Shown here one piece after another: positions 21,092 through 30,680 of a stretch of 64,000 bases of DNA. The notes below the pieces were generated by a model, which saw nothing but the letters and a program-made list of their open reading frames with translations, searched no databases and had not been told where the DNA came from. Position 1 is the first letter of the stretch, and each line of letters begins with the position of its first letter. The position numbers and the translations under genes are program-made. The stretch is from an uncultured bacterium (GTDB lineage: Bacteria; Verrucomicrobiota; Verrucomicrobiia; Limisphaerales; UBA8199), in the NCBI GenBank assembly GCA_963749495.1, contig CAVVMW010000023.1:768001-832000 (forward strand). Direction: 5' to 3'.

Positions 21092-22528
21092 TCAGGTCCG
21101 ACACGGCAACACCGCCCGATCTCCCCGCGCGAGAATTGATTTCGATGAACTGCTACAGTGCAGGCATGTCGCACTGGCTTTGCAATCAGCCGACATCCAA
21201 CGGCGCTCGCGGCAGAAATGCATGCTGTAACCTCTTCGCGCGGACTTGCTGAACAGACCGGAGTAGCCGAGAAGAAAATCGTTCGCCGCCTGCGCTGCGG
21301 CAACAGCGTTCAGCGTTATGACGCTGGGCGCAAACACCAGTTCATCGTCCACGTACGCTTGTCGTTGGCGTTCCCGCTCCGTGAACGCTTCTTGTTGCAG
21401 CTTGGCGGCAGAGATAAGCCCGTTGCAAAGCAGACAGCCGCCGCCGGCATGAGGCAACACGGGTCGCGAAACCGCGAAGATTTCACCGATTTCGCCGGTT
21501 TCCTTGTCAACGGGAACCTTCGAACCGACTTGGACGCCCGGGATTTGGTACTGATGCACAAGGGCGTTGAAGACCAATCGAGCTTGTGCAGAGTCGGCGC
21601 AAAGAAAAATGAAATCGGCGTCTTTGAGCAACAACGCAGCGTCGCGTCGCGTGACGTCGTCAACCACCGCACGATAACGGATTCTCGGATTTGCGCGTTT
21701 TGCAACACGCTCTGCGACCTTCACCTTGAACCTCGCCAAGCGGCGGCCCAACCTTTGCATCCCACTCCAGTTCATCATCGAGAGGAACACCCGGGCGTCG
21801 CACGGCCGCGAGCCGACGACGCGCGGTTGGTTGCTCGGATCGAGTTTGTCAAAGTCAATTCCGACAATTTTGCCGATTCCCAGGTGCGCCAGCCATTCGT
21901 TCAGGAGCGAGCCGGCGCCGCCGAGTCCGATGATGCCCACCTTTGCTCGCTTCAGGATTTCCTGACCTCCCGCTCCAAAAATCAGGGACTGGCGGTGATA
22001 AAGTGGAATGGCCGCGATGGGTGACTTCTGTGGTGACGGGTAAAGCCGGCGGATGTTTTGTCCGATGACAACGAGGTTTTCGAGCGGGAACACACCCTCC
22101 ACAGTCCAGATGCTTCCCGCGACGGCTTTACGCGCAAACACGAGCGCGCCGACCGGGCCCCCTCTGGTAATATCCAGCAGCGCCGGGTAGCCGCGACGGT
22201 GCGACTTCACGTCGGCCGTGGAAAAACCCACGAAATCATCTCCCTCGTGACAATGCACGGCGAGGTAGCACAAGTTCTCTTGCGCGCAATGATGCGAAAC
22301 ACGGGCGACGAAATCGGCCGTGAGCGCCCGATAGCCATACTTTCCCGGCACGTAATCAATGCCGTCTTTCGCAACGAAAACCTCGCGGGCAAGCAAGCGC
22401 GCTTCGCGGCCTGATTCGCAAATGCCGGCGGCAATAATCGCTCCGTGCTCGTCAGCGTCGCCGGGGAACAAATGGGACATGAGTTGCTCGAAGAGCGTCT
22501 CCGAAATTCTGAACGTAAATTTCTTCAT
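21092..22528 (-). CDS. JAB peptidase-ThiF/E1 fusion (478 aa)
   Basis: N-terminal EHG...VHCHEG..FSTAD (JAB). GLGGAGS, DFDKLDPSNQPRV, CADS..AR, CLLC and CLHC (ThiF). ATG overlaps the E2 stop. Confidence 0.9.
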   Translation of the reverse strand: MKKFTFRISETLFEQLMSHLFPGDADEHGAIIAAGICESGREARLLAREVFVAKDGIDYVPGKYGYRALTADFVARVSHHCAQENLCYLAVHCHEGDDFVGFSTADVKSHRRGYPALLDITRGGPVGALVFARKAVAGSIWTVEGVFPLENLVVIGQNIRRLYPSPQKSPIAAIPLYHRQSLIFGAGGQEILKRAKVGIIGLGGAGSLLNEWLAHLGIGKIVGIDFDKLDPSNQPRVVGSRPCDARVFLSMMNWSGMQRLGRRLARFKVKVAERVAKRANPRIRYRAVVDDVTRRDAALLLKDADFIFLCADSAQARLVFNALVHQYQIPGVQVGSKVPVDKETGEIGEIFAVSRPVLPHAGGGCLLCNGLISAAKLQQEAFTERERQRQAYVDDELVFAPSVITLNAVAAAQAANDFLLGYSGLFSKSARRGYSMHFCRERRWMSADCKASATCLHCSSSSKSILARGDRAVLPCRT

Positions 22529-22920
22529 TGGCCTCTTATCCAATCCAACACTTTTGCCAGCTTGAGAGCGGCGGTGTCCGTTTCCGGATTCAAACGATTC
22601 GAGCGGCGTGACAGCATGATTGCCGGTTCGGTCGCCTTCGGCGTTCGCCACTGGTTGTTCAGGTTGAACCCGCCGCCGAGCGAACGTCCGTCCTTTCGTT
22701 TCAATGCCGGAATGCAGAAATGCGGATAAATGTCCGCGAACGGATATTGAAACGTGATTGGGAACGCGAGCCACGACACAGACGGCTCGTACTTATCGCC
22801 AAGGATCAGGTCGTGAACCTTGACGTAGGCACCGCCGTCTGTGTCCGGGTCAACGTCCATCTGGCGACGGGGAAATGCGACTCGGATTTCCGCGATCGCT
22901 TGTTGAACCGCGGCTGTCAC
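22525..22920 (-). CDS. E2/UBC-like protein of a bacterial ubiquitin system
   Basis: ITFQYPFADIYPHF and LSRRSNR. Lies between the multi-Ubl and JAB-E1 genes; GTG start at 22920. Confidence 0.7.
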   Translation of the reverse strand: MTAAVQQAIAEIRVAFPRRQMDVDPDTDGGAYVKVHDLILGDKYEPSVSWLAFPITFQYPFADIYPHFCIPALKRKDGRSLGGGFNLNNQWRTPKATEPAIMLSRRSNRLNPETDTAALKLAKVLDWIRGQ

Positions 22921-22922
22921 GG

Positions 22923-23663
22923 CTAGGAGTTGTCGTCGGGCGTGACACAACGGAATTCCTCGCAGTCCCTGAGCGTGACTTTTTCGGAGTCGCCGATGGA
23001 TGCGCCCAGGGTGCCGTCCGGCTTCACTTTGTAGAGAACGCCATCAAGGGTGATTTTTACCTGCTGCGCGATGGCGGTCTGCTTGATTTCGAGACCAGTG
23101 ACCCGCCGTTTGTGGAATGTCACCGGATAATTGTTCACCTTCACCGTGATGGTGACGCGCTCCGTGCGAAACACTGGGCCGTCGGCGAAGTTGGCCGCCT
23201 CGTCATCCGCGATTGGCTCGTCGTGCGGCAACTCGTAGTCACGCAGCAACTCGACTTGCGCTGAAAGCTCGAACAGCCGGCGCAAGGTCGCACCAGTCTG
23301 GCGGGGATCAAGAGTGATTTCCCATTCATCGTCCACCACGAATGCACATTTCGCCGGTTCATGGCATGGCGGTGGCGGCGCGGCTTCGCAGAGCGGGATC
23401 ACTCGGAAGACATTTCCCGCTGCCAGATCGATCTCGGCCTCCTCCGCGACGACCACGTCATTGCGGGATTGATAATCGCGCACCAGCACGAAGCCCGCAC
23501 CGATGCCGGCCTGGTCTTTGATGGTCTGGGCGGTCACGACCCGTCGAGGCATTGAAATCGCCCGATCGTTGACGAGAACCGCCCACTTTGGCGCGGGGCG
23601 GCAATCAGGCGCTTCCTTCGCCAGGGCTTTCTCCTGGCCCATTTGAATTTCCGAATCAGTCAT
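22923..23663 (-). CDS. Multi-ubiquitin domain protein (about three beta-grasp repeats)
   Basis: Repeats VND...VTAQTIK..AG..LVRD; VDD...TGATLRRL..LLRD; VNN...VTGLEIK..A. Ends FRCVTPDDNS. Confidence 0.8.
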   Translation of the reverse strand: MTDSEIQMGQEKALAKEAPDCRPAPKWAVLVNDRAISMPRRVVTAQTIKDQAGIGAGFVLVRDYQSRNDVVVAEEAEIDLAAGNVFRVIPLCEAAPPPPCHEPAKCAFVVDDEWEITLDPRQTGATLRRLFELSAQVELLRDYELPHDEPIADDEAANFADGPVFRTERVTITVKVNNYPVTFHKRRVTGLEIKQTAIAQQVKITLDGVLYKVKPDGTLGASIGDSEKVTLRDCEEFRCVTPDDNS

Positions 23664-23849
23664 AATCATAACTTCGATTTTCTTTGTGTTCTGGACGCCG
23701 CCGAAGTTGTTCATCCGTCTGCGGCGAGCCGTTCCAATAGGGATTGCTGAAAACGCGGCCGACCGTGGGGCAAAGAATTTGCCGTTCTGCGAAAGATTTT
23801 CCCCCAAAGGCCAAGACTTGTTAGCCTGTTACGTGTGAATGGACCAACT

Positions 23850-24437
23850 ATGGACGACAACGCAATGAGCAAGCTGGGTGCGGTGGACTGGGACGATGCC
23901 GCGCCCCGGCTGCTTCAGTTTGCGCGCCGGTGGGCCGCTGGCCTTTACTATTGGTGCGAAGGCACCGCGCTGCCCAACGGGATGGGCATCGAGGACGTCG
24001 TCAAGGATGCCGTGGCGGCGTTCGCGCGCGGTGAACGAAAGTTCAATCCGCGTTTCGAGGTCATGGTCCAGTTGAAGGGCGCAATCCGCAGCATCCTGTG
24101 GAACATCCACAAGCGGAAAGCCGCGGGGTTGACGAGTTCGGAAGCGCCAGCGTTCTTCGAGGCGCAATTGGATGCGGCGCTCGACCCGGCAGCGAAGGCT
24201 GAAAGTGAAGATTTTTGCCGGACGTTGCTGGAAAGCCTCGCGGGCAACCAGCAGGTCCAGGACAGGCCGGAGTTGCTGGCCGTTGTGAAAGCGTATGCAG
24301 GCGGCGCCGAGTCCGTCGAAGAGTTGGTCGAACAAACCGGCCTGCCGGTGCGCCGCATCTACGAACTGCGCCGGCAGATGAGGGAGATCGCCGCTAAGGT
24401 CTTGGGAAGATTGAGCAGAAAGGGAAAAGCGTTATGA
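23850..24437 (+). CDS. ECF/sigma-70-like transcription factor
   Basis: DWD..PRLL.FA, EDVVKDA...GERKF..., IRSILWN (region 2-like) and C-terminal HTH ELVEQTGLPVRRIY. Confidence 0.7.
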   Translation: MDDNAMSKLGAVDWDDAAPRLLQFARRWAAGLYYWCEGTALPNGMGIEDVVKDAVAAFARGERKFNPRFEVMVQLKGAIRSILWNIHKRKAAGLTSSEAPAFFEAQLDAALDPAAKAESEDFCRTLLESLAGNQQVQDRPELLAVVKAYAGGAESVEELVEQTGLPVRRIYELRRQMREIAAKVLGRLSRKGKAL

Positions 24438-24805
24438 GCAAGAGCTATCAGAATGCCGTTGAGCACCTGCATCTGTTTCTGGCCGACACGGAGGGCGAGA
24501 GCCGTGACGAGGTTACGCGTGGATTGCGCGCGGCGGGAGTGGATGTCAACCGATTTATTTCCGACATCAAACGGATTGCCGGGGTGCGAAGCGGGTTTTC
24601 CCGTGTGGGACGGTTCGCAAACAAGACGCGCGCGCAGATTCTGAAGCTGCTCGAAGAATTGCAGCTTGAAACTTCGGGGGCGTTTTCAAACGTCGGCCTG
24701 GCGGCCCGGGAAGGCGGCGGATTGAATCAGTTGTCCGATGAGCAACTTCGAACGTTGCTGGAAAAACTGGAGGCGGAGCGGTCGCACGACGAGTTGAAGG
24801 ACTAA
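24434..24805 (+). CDS. Small partner of the sigma-like factor (anti-sigma candidate), 123 aa
   Basis: ATGA overlap with the sigma-like gene. Helical, ending AAR...LSDEQLRTLLE. Confidence 0.55.
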   Translation: MSKSYQNAVEHLHLFLADTEGESRDEVTRGLRAAGVDVNRFISDIKRIAGVRSGFSRVGRFANKTRAQILKLLEELQLETSGAFSNVGLAAREGGGLNQLSDEQLRTLLEKLEAERSHDELKD

Positions 24806-24835
24806 AGGGAGGTCTCTCGTCGCAAGCACAACAAA

Positions 24836-25831
24836 ATGACTGCCTGGAAGCCCAAACGAAATGGTTGGAACGGGCCAACCTGGTCCGTCAGCCGCAACCA
24901 ACAGCTCCAGACGTGCGAGCGCAAATACTATTTCCAGTATCTCGCTGGCGCACGGGTCAACGCCACCGAACCAATGCAACGGCGGCTCGGGATGCTGAAA
25001 AAGCTCAAAAGCATCCGCATGTGGGAAGGCGACTGTGTGCATTGGGCCGTCGCCCGTTTTCTCGGAGCGGTTCGAGACAAACGCAGTTTGAGCGCCGAAC
25101 AGGCACTGGCTCAGCTGCGGGATAAGATGGAACGTGAGTGGCAATTCTCGGAGCGGAGGTGTTTCCGGACGCAGCCGCTGCTCATTGACAAGGGCGGCTT
25201 GGGTCTGGTGGAGCACGAATACGATAGCGTGCCGGCGGGCGTTACTGCCGACAGTGTGTACGACGATGTCGCGAGTGGATTCCACAAATTCGTCGCGTGG
25301 GCGGACGGCATCTGCGCGAGAATTCGAGTTGCTGACAACGTTTGGATTGAGCCGCCCGTGTTTGGCCCGGAAGCGCCGGGCTTCCCTCTGGACGGCGTTC
25401 AAATCATCGGGAAGGTGGACCTTGCCATCGAGAAGAGCGGTGAGTTCTTTGAGATTTACGACTGGAAGACCGGCGGAGCACCGGTTCAGAAGAGATCCTG
25501 CATCACGCAAAACGAACTCCAGGTTTGCGTGTACCAATTGTGGCCGCATCTCTCGATGCGACTGCCGCTTAGTCTCGTGTCGAGCCAGTTGGTTTATCTG
25601 GGCGGTGAAACGCCGGAAGCCCGCACGCATCGTCTGGATGAAAACTCAGTGCCCCTCGTTGTTCAAATGGTGCGGAACAGCGTCGCGTTGGCAACCCGTT
25701 GGGAAAAGAATTTCGAGAAGGGCCTGTTGCGGCTGAACGATTTGGATTACGCCGCCTGGCCCGGCGCTTGTCGCGAGTGCGCGTTCAAAGCGGTCTGCCG
25801 TGAAAGTTTGCATTATGAAAACGTCGCCTAA
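24836..25831 (+). CDS. Cas4/RecB-like PD-(D/E)XK nuclease with four Cys (probable Fe-S cluster)
   Basis: TCERKYYF, G..VH, GKVDL, IYDWKTG, Q..VY and CRECAFKAVC. Confidence 0.9.
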   Translation: MTAWKPKRNGWNGPTWSVSRNQQLQTCERKYYFQYLAGARVNATEPMQRRLGMLKKLKSIRMWEGDCVHWAVARFLGAVRDKRSLSAEQALAQLRDKMEREWQFSERRCFRTQPLLIDKGGLGLVEHEYDSVPAGVTADSVYDDVASGFHKFVAWADGICARIRVADNVWIEPPVFGPEAPGFPLDGVQIIGKVDLAIEKSGEFFEIYDWKTGGAPVQKRSCITQNELQVCVYQLWPHLSMRLPLSLVSSQLVYLGGETPEARTHRLDENSVPLVVQMVRNSVALATRWEKNFEKGLLRLNDLDYAAWPGACRECAFKAVCRESLHYENVA

Positions 25832-28214
25832 CCGAAAGCTGCTGGCGGCGTCTCTGTTTGCCATCAGCGGGCTGCAGGGACTGCCGTTCAAGTTGCGTGT
25901 GCTGCGCGTCGTCAATGCGCTGCCGAATGACAATTATCGTCCCATTCGCCTGCAGGGATGGGCCGACAACCTCTGGCATGACGTGCTGAAGTGCCCGGTG
26001 TTTCCGACATCGCGCTTTGACTTTCCGGGGTTCATCGTTCCGGCCGACGCGGCCGCGGAAGTCGGTCAGGTGATTTCCTTGCCTGGTGTAGCAGATAAAG
26101 AGTTCCGCATCGAGGTCACTGATCGCGTTTTGGAAATCGATCCGAAACAGGCGCGGCCGGAGGAGCGCGACTTGGCGGGCAAGATGATTGAGCGCGTCAT
26201 CAGCGACCGTCTCAGCTCGCTCAAGTCGAAATTCTGGCGGACTGAATGGACGCTTTATTTCCACCTGCTTCCCGAGAACGAGCGGGAAGCACGTGACCGC
26301 GTCAACGCCTATCGCGGGTTCAAATTCGGCGTCGTGTTGCTGGAAACCGGCGAGCTTCTGTTGGCCGGCGACATTCGCACGAAATACATCGGGCGTCGCT
26401 CGCTTGCTCAATACGATCAGGTGGAGCGCGAACTCGTATTGGCTCGGCATCTGGACCTCGAAGTTGACATCGAAGACCGCGCCACGTTTGTGCGTGACAA
26501 CGGCTCGGCGAAATATTCGTGCCGCTACGCCGGGCCGACGGGACAATCCATCAGCGAGTATCGCATCAAAGAATTGAACCAGACTGTGCTGGACTTCTAC
26601 GTCAAGAACTATCCCCGACTCCGCCTCGATCCGAATGATGCGGCTGTATTCTTCGACAGCGGCGGGAAGAAGAAAGACATGGCTGCGCCGGCGTCACGAA
26701 TGTTTCCGGTGTTTACCACCGAGGATGAGAGTTTGCGCGAGTGCTCGATCAAACCCCAGATGACCCCCGAAGCGCGAGTTCAGGAAATCCATTCGTTCCT
26801 GGGCGAGCTCGCGGGATTGAATTACGCGGGACGGGACCTCAGCATCGATCGCGAACTCGTTACGCGCGAGCGCAGCATTTTTCTTCCGCCGAAACTTGAA
26901 TACGGCAAGGGCAACATTCTTGCACCGTATCCGCAGAACGGCAGGGCCGGCGCTGTATTACCCGATCTTGAAAAAGCGATTGCCGACTGGCGATTCAGCA
27001 AAATGCCAATGCTTTATCGGCACGGGCCGTATTTCAATGAGCCGCTGCCGGACGTGGTGTTCTTCTACCCTGATGGATTGCCTCGCGATATACGCGAAAG
27101 ATTTCTGGAGCAACTCGACCTGGAAATCCTCAAACAGACCGGATCGAAGATGAACGTCATCGCGCGCCGCTCGTACCGAATCGGACAAGCCGAGCGGAGC
27201 GGCGCGTCGCTGCTCGCAACCATCAAAACAGTTATTGGCGAACAGCCCGGAATGTTCCTGGCACTCGTCGCTCTGTGGGATCGTTTCCTTGACAGCGTGC
27301 ATCCGAATTTGAAGGACGCGGTGAAAGGCCGCCCTTCGCAATGTGTCACCGAGCGGGTGCTGCGGACGATTGCGAATACTACCGACCCGATGCGCGCCAC
27401 AGGGCGCGTCCGAAACCTCGCGCTTGGCGTTTTGATTGCCGCAGGCGTGCAACCCTGGGTCTTGTCGGAAGAACTGCACCACGACGTTTACATCGGCATC
27501 AACACTCTGCATGGCCGGGTCAGTTATCATTTTCTTTTCGGCAAGGGTGGTCGCCAGGTTTTGACCTCGCTCGGAGCGTCCATTAAGCGGGGACGAACAC
27601 AAGAGTCGCTGGACAAAGTGGAACTTCGGACAAGAATCGAGTCCACTGTTCGCGAGATTCATCAGGCCGGCCATCCGCTTCGCAGCGTGGTCGTCCATCG
27701 CGACGGACGCTGGTGGAAGCGTGAAAGTCAGGCGCTCAACGAAGCGGCCTCGAATTTGGTTCGCGACAAGATTCTGGCAAAGGATTGCGCCATCGGGGTG
27801 GTCGAAATCCGCAAGAGCCATTTTCCCGTCCGGCTGTTCACGAAAGTTGGGCCGCCGGCAAATCAGCTGCTGAATCCGCTTCCCGGCACTCACTTGGTGC
27901 TCGATCAGCAACGCGCTTTGCTTTCGACGACGGGCAGACCCGGCGCATGGGACAAGAGCGAAGGGCGAACCGCGGGAACGCTTCTGCTGAATCTCATCGA
28001 GAGTTCCCCGCCGATGGACATCGAGGCTTTGGCGGAAGACGCTTACCGGCTCACGCATCTAAATTGGAGTGCGCCCGAGATTGAAATTTCCGTCCCGGTC
28101 ACGATTCGGTGGAACGACGATGCGCTGCGGGCTTCGCTCGTTAGCCAGCAGCAGGAGGAAGATGAAACTTACGACGAGACGAACGAACTTAAGATGGAAG
28201 GAGCGAACGTATGA
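25815..28214 (+). CDS. Long prokaryotic Argonaute (799 aa), catalytic tetrad apparently incomplete
   Basis: MID motifs HPNLK and PSQCV. PIWI motifs G..PW.L, YIGIN, VVHRDG, VEIRKS, YRLTHLNW and PVTI. N-terminal YRGF and PAZ-like TVLDFY. Confidence 0.9.
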   Translation: MKTSPNRKLLAASLFAISGLQGLPFKLRVLRVVNALPNDNYRPIRLQGWADNLWHDVLKCPVFPTSRFDFPGFIVPADAAAEVGQVISLPGVADKEFRIEVTDRVLEIDPKQARPEERDLAGKMIERVISDRLSSLKSKFWRTEWTLYFHLLPENEREARDRVNAYRGFKFGVVLLETGELLLAGDIRTKYIGRRSLAQYDQVERELVLARHLDLEVDIEDRATFVRDNGSAKYSCRYAGPTGQSISEYRIKELNQTVLDFYVKNYPRLRLDPNDAAVFFDSGGKKKDMAAPASRMFPVFTTEDESLRECSIKPQMTPEARVQEIHSFLGELAGLNYAGRDLSIDRELVTRERSIFLPPKLEYGKGNILAPYPQNGRAGAVLPDLEKAIADWRFSKMPMLYRHGPYFNEPLPDVVFFYPDGLPRDIRERFLEQLDLEILKQTGSKMNVIARRSYRIGQAERSGASLLATIKTVIGEQPGMFLALVALWDRFLDSVHPNLKDAVKGRPSQCVTERVLRTIANTTDPMRATGRVRNLALGVLIAAGVQPWVLSEELHHDVYIGINTLHGRVSYHFLFGKGGRQVLTSLGASIKRGRTQESLDKVELRTRIESTVREIHQAGHPLRSVVVHRDGRWWKRESQALNEAASNLVRDKILAKDCAIGVVEIRKSHFPVRLFTKVGPPANQLLNPLPGTHLVLDQQRALLSTTGRPGAWDKSEGRTAGTLLLNLIESSPPMDIEALAEDAYRLTHLNWSAPEIEISVPVTIRWNDDALRASLVSQQQEEDETYDETNELKMEGANV

Positions 28215-28621
28215 GTCTATTGGGATTCATGTCCGTCAAGTTGGACAAGCAGCAAACGTTGCTGGAACGGCTCAACGAGGCGCTGCTCATGGTTCAAAGC
28301 GAATCGCTGGGCCGGGCCGCCGACCTCGGCTTCACGTCGGCGCAAATTGCCGCGGCGAAGGAAACGCTGCGCGAGTTCGTCAATCGCTTGCGGACAAAAC
28401 TGGCGGGCAACCAGGACAACGAAGAATTGAACGTCCTGGTGGCGCGAATTCGCGAAGGCCAGTTCGAGCTGAATGAATGGCTGGAGGAATTAGCGCAACT
28501 CGAAACGCAGTTGGCGCAACCCGGGCTGCTGCCGCTGACGGCCATTCCCACGCTGGAAGGAGTTTTGGCGATACTGGATGAAGAACTGACTGCCGAATTC
28601 AACCGGCTTTATTCGCGATAA
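28211..28621 (+). CDS. Alpha-helical hypothetical protein (136 aa)
   Basis: ATGA overlap with the pAgo gene, GGAG RBS upstream, Leu/Glu-rich amphipathic helices. Confidence 0.75.
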   Translation: MSLLGFMSVKLDKQQTLLERLNEALLMVQSESLGRAADLGFTSAQIAAAKETLREFVNRLRTKLAGNQDNEELNVLVARIREGQFELNEWLEELAQLETQLAQPGLLPLTAIPTLEGVLAILDEELTAEFNRLYSR

Positions 28622-28636
28622 GCACAAGGATGGGGC

Positions 28637-29788
28637 ATGCCTTCATACCGGATCGCCAAGACGGCGGAATTGGATATACTCTTCGATTGGCTGGAGGATC
28701 AACTCCGCCAGCTGCGGCAGACCAATCCTGACCATCGCGTCGTCCTTGATTATCTCGACCAGCAATACACCCAGGCCGAGAACAAGCTTGCGCTCCTCCA
28801 GGCTTTGCTGGCGCTCAAAGACCCGAACCTCGACAAACGCGCCGACAGGCTGGCTCACGACTTGTCTCGCCACGTTATTCCGACGGCGAACCACTATATC
28901 GCGGGTCTGCAGCGGCAAGGCCCGCAGGACCGGCGAGTAAGGCAGGTGCTGCTGCGTCTGTGCCAGCGGCTCCGGTTGGATTGGATTGAAGACATCCTGG
29001 TCTGCTTGCTGCGGGATTTGGCATTGCTGGCTGAATACCGCGGAATCTTCGCCATCCCGGTGTTCTACGGCCCGCCGCATCTGCTGGAGACAATTCTCGA
29101 AGTCCCCGGAATTTATCACGAATTCGGTCATAGCGTCTTCGCGAGGGATGACGTGTTCCTTCGCGAAATGTCCTCAATCGTGAAGCGCCATTTCGTCCAA
29201 CTGAAACAACAGGCCGGCCCGATTCCACCGGTGCAGAAGGCGCTCCGCGACCAGGAACTCGACCGTGCCGCCAACTCCTGGAGTGCGCTGTGGTTGGCCG
29301 AGGTTTTCGGCGACCTCTTCGCGGGATATGTTTGCGGGCCGGCCAATCTGGCTTCGATGGTGGACCTGGGCCGCGCTCAAGGTTTTCCTCCCTACCTGCT
29401 CGCCTCAAACTCACACCCGCCAAACTGCGCTCGCGTCCTGGTTTCCTATTTCGCCCTCTCCGACCAGCAACGTCAGCATCCAACCGTGCAAAAAATCCAC
29501 GACGCATGGCAGCATTTTGCCCGGGGATTTACACCCGGCCAGGATTATAAGTTGCGTTGTGCTGAGGATCTCTTGAGGTCGGTGGCCAACGCGGTCAATG
29601 CCCTCATCGCGCAACACCTGCCAAATATTCCTCGGTACACAAAGATGCCTCCTGATCTGGCATCGGCGCGGGCTGTGAAAGCCGGTATCGCCCTTGAAGA
29701 CCTTATCAATGCCGGGGTGACGATTCTCTTTGAAGCGCCGGCTGAATTTTCTGCCTGGCAGCAATCCTCTCGCCTGCTGATCGCGTGA
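28637..29788 (+). CDS. HEXXH zincin-like metallopeptidase-fold protein (383 aa)
   Basis: IYHEFGHS, downstream WLAEVFGDLFA..CGPA and SHPP..AR. Confidence 0.75.
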   Translation: MPSYRIAKTAELDILFDWLEDQLRQLRQTNPDHRVVLDYLDQQYTQAENKLALLQALLALKDPNLDKRADRLAHDLSRHVIPTANHYIAGLQRQGPQDRRVRQVLLRLCQRLRLDWIEDILVCLLRDLALLAEYRGIFAIPVFYGPPHLLETILEVPGIYHEFGHSVFARDDVFLREMSSIVKRHFVQLKQQAGPIPPVQKALRDQELDRAANSWSALWLAEVFGDLFAGYVCGPANLASMVDLGRAQGFPPYLLASNSHPPNCARVLVSYFALSDQQRQHPTVQKIHDAWQHFARGFTPGQDYKLRCAEDLLRSVANAVNALIAQHLPNIPRYTKMPPDLASARAVKAGIALEDLINAGVTILFEAPAEFSAWQQSSRLLIA

Positions 29789-30680
29789 GCACTGGCACAT
29801 CAACTTTGCCTTCGTAAACGTAAGCGGAGCCTTCTGTAATCCGTGCAACGTTCTGGACGGCTGCTCGCGCTACCCGGTGGAACGAGAGATACAGGAAGCG
29901 ACAGAGTCGGCCGATGCCGAGCTGGTGCTAAAACGGGCCAGGGAGAAGCACCCCAGGCCCGGCCGCAGGTTATTGTTCCGCACAGGTGTTGGCGAAATTA
30001 GACTCCAGCGAGTATCCTCGCCGGCTCCCCCCCAGATGCGGAAAGTCGCCGAGAATCTGAAGCATTTCTGGCGACAGAATCCTACCTGTACTCTTGACGA
30101 CCGTCGATCGCGGCGACAACAACATCGCGTTTGTTGTAAGATCAACAATAACTGAACCTTGGCCGCCCAGCTGGCTGAAGGAACTGCTTCAACAGCCCCC
30201 CCCGCACCTCAAGCAGGGGAGGCACTGCGGGATGGACCTGCATTCTTGGGCAAGCTCATGGCTGCGCCCAACAAACAGCGCCAGTGGCCAAATGCAATCA
30301 GCCAGCAGCCAGATCGAGTTCAAAGACCTCCCGCCGCGCACCGCACCGGCGCCAGTCGAAGAAGTAAGCGAGCTGGAAGAGGTCCTCTGCGCGCTCTTGC
30401 TCGCTCAAACCCCGCCTCAGAAGGTGGAGACGAGCCAGCAACTTATCTGCGCCGCGCTCCGGGGCGAGGAACTCCACCTGCTCATCGGGCCGCCGCGCCT
30501 CCACATCGGGCGGATGAACGGCTGTCTCAAAAGGACCATCAAGCTTTCCGGGGAAACGGTGGTAAGGACACTGCTGCGGGTCCTGGTAGGCAGGAACGCG
30601 CCGGAACCTCAGCCGTGCCCGGAAGGGCAGGCCCAGAAGAAAGTAATCCGCCAAACATCAAGGCAAACTGATCACGTTTC

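Noticed and set aside
24836..25831. CRISPR-Cas adaptation module
   Set aside because: No cas1, cas2 or repeat-spacer array is visible in the window.
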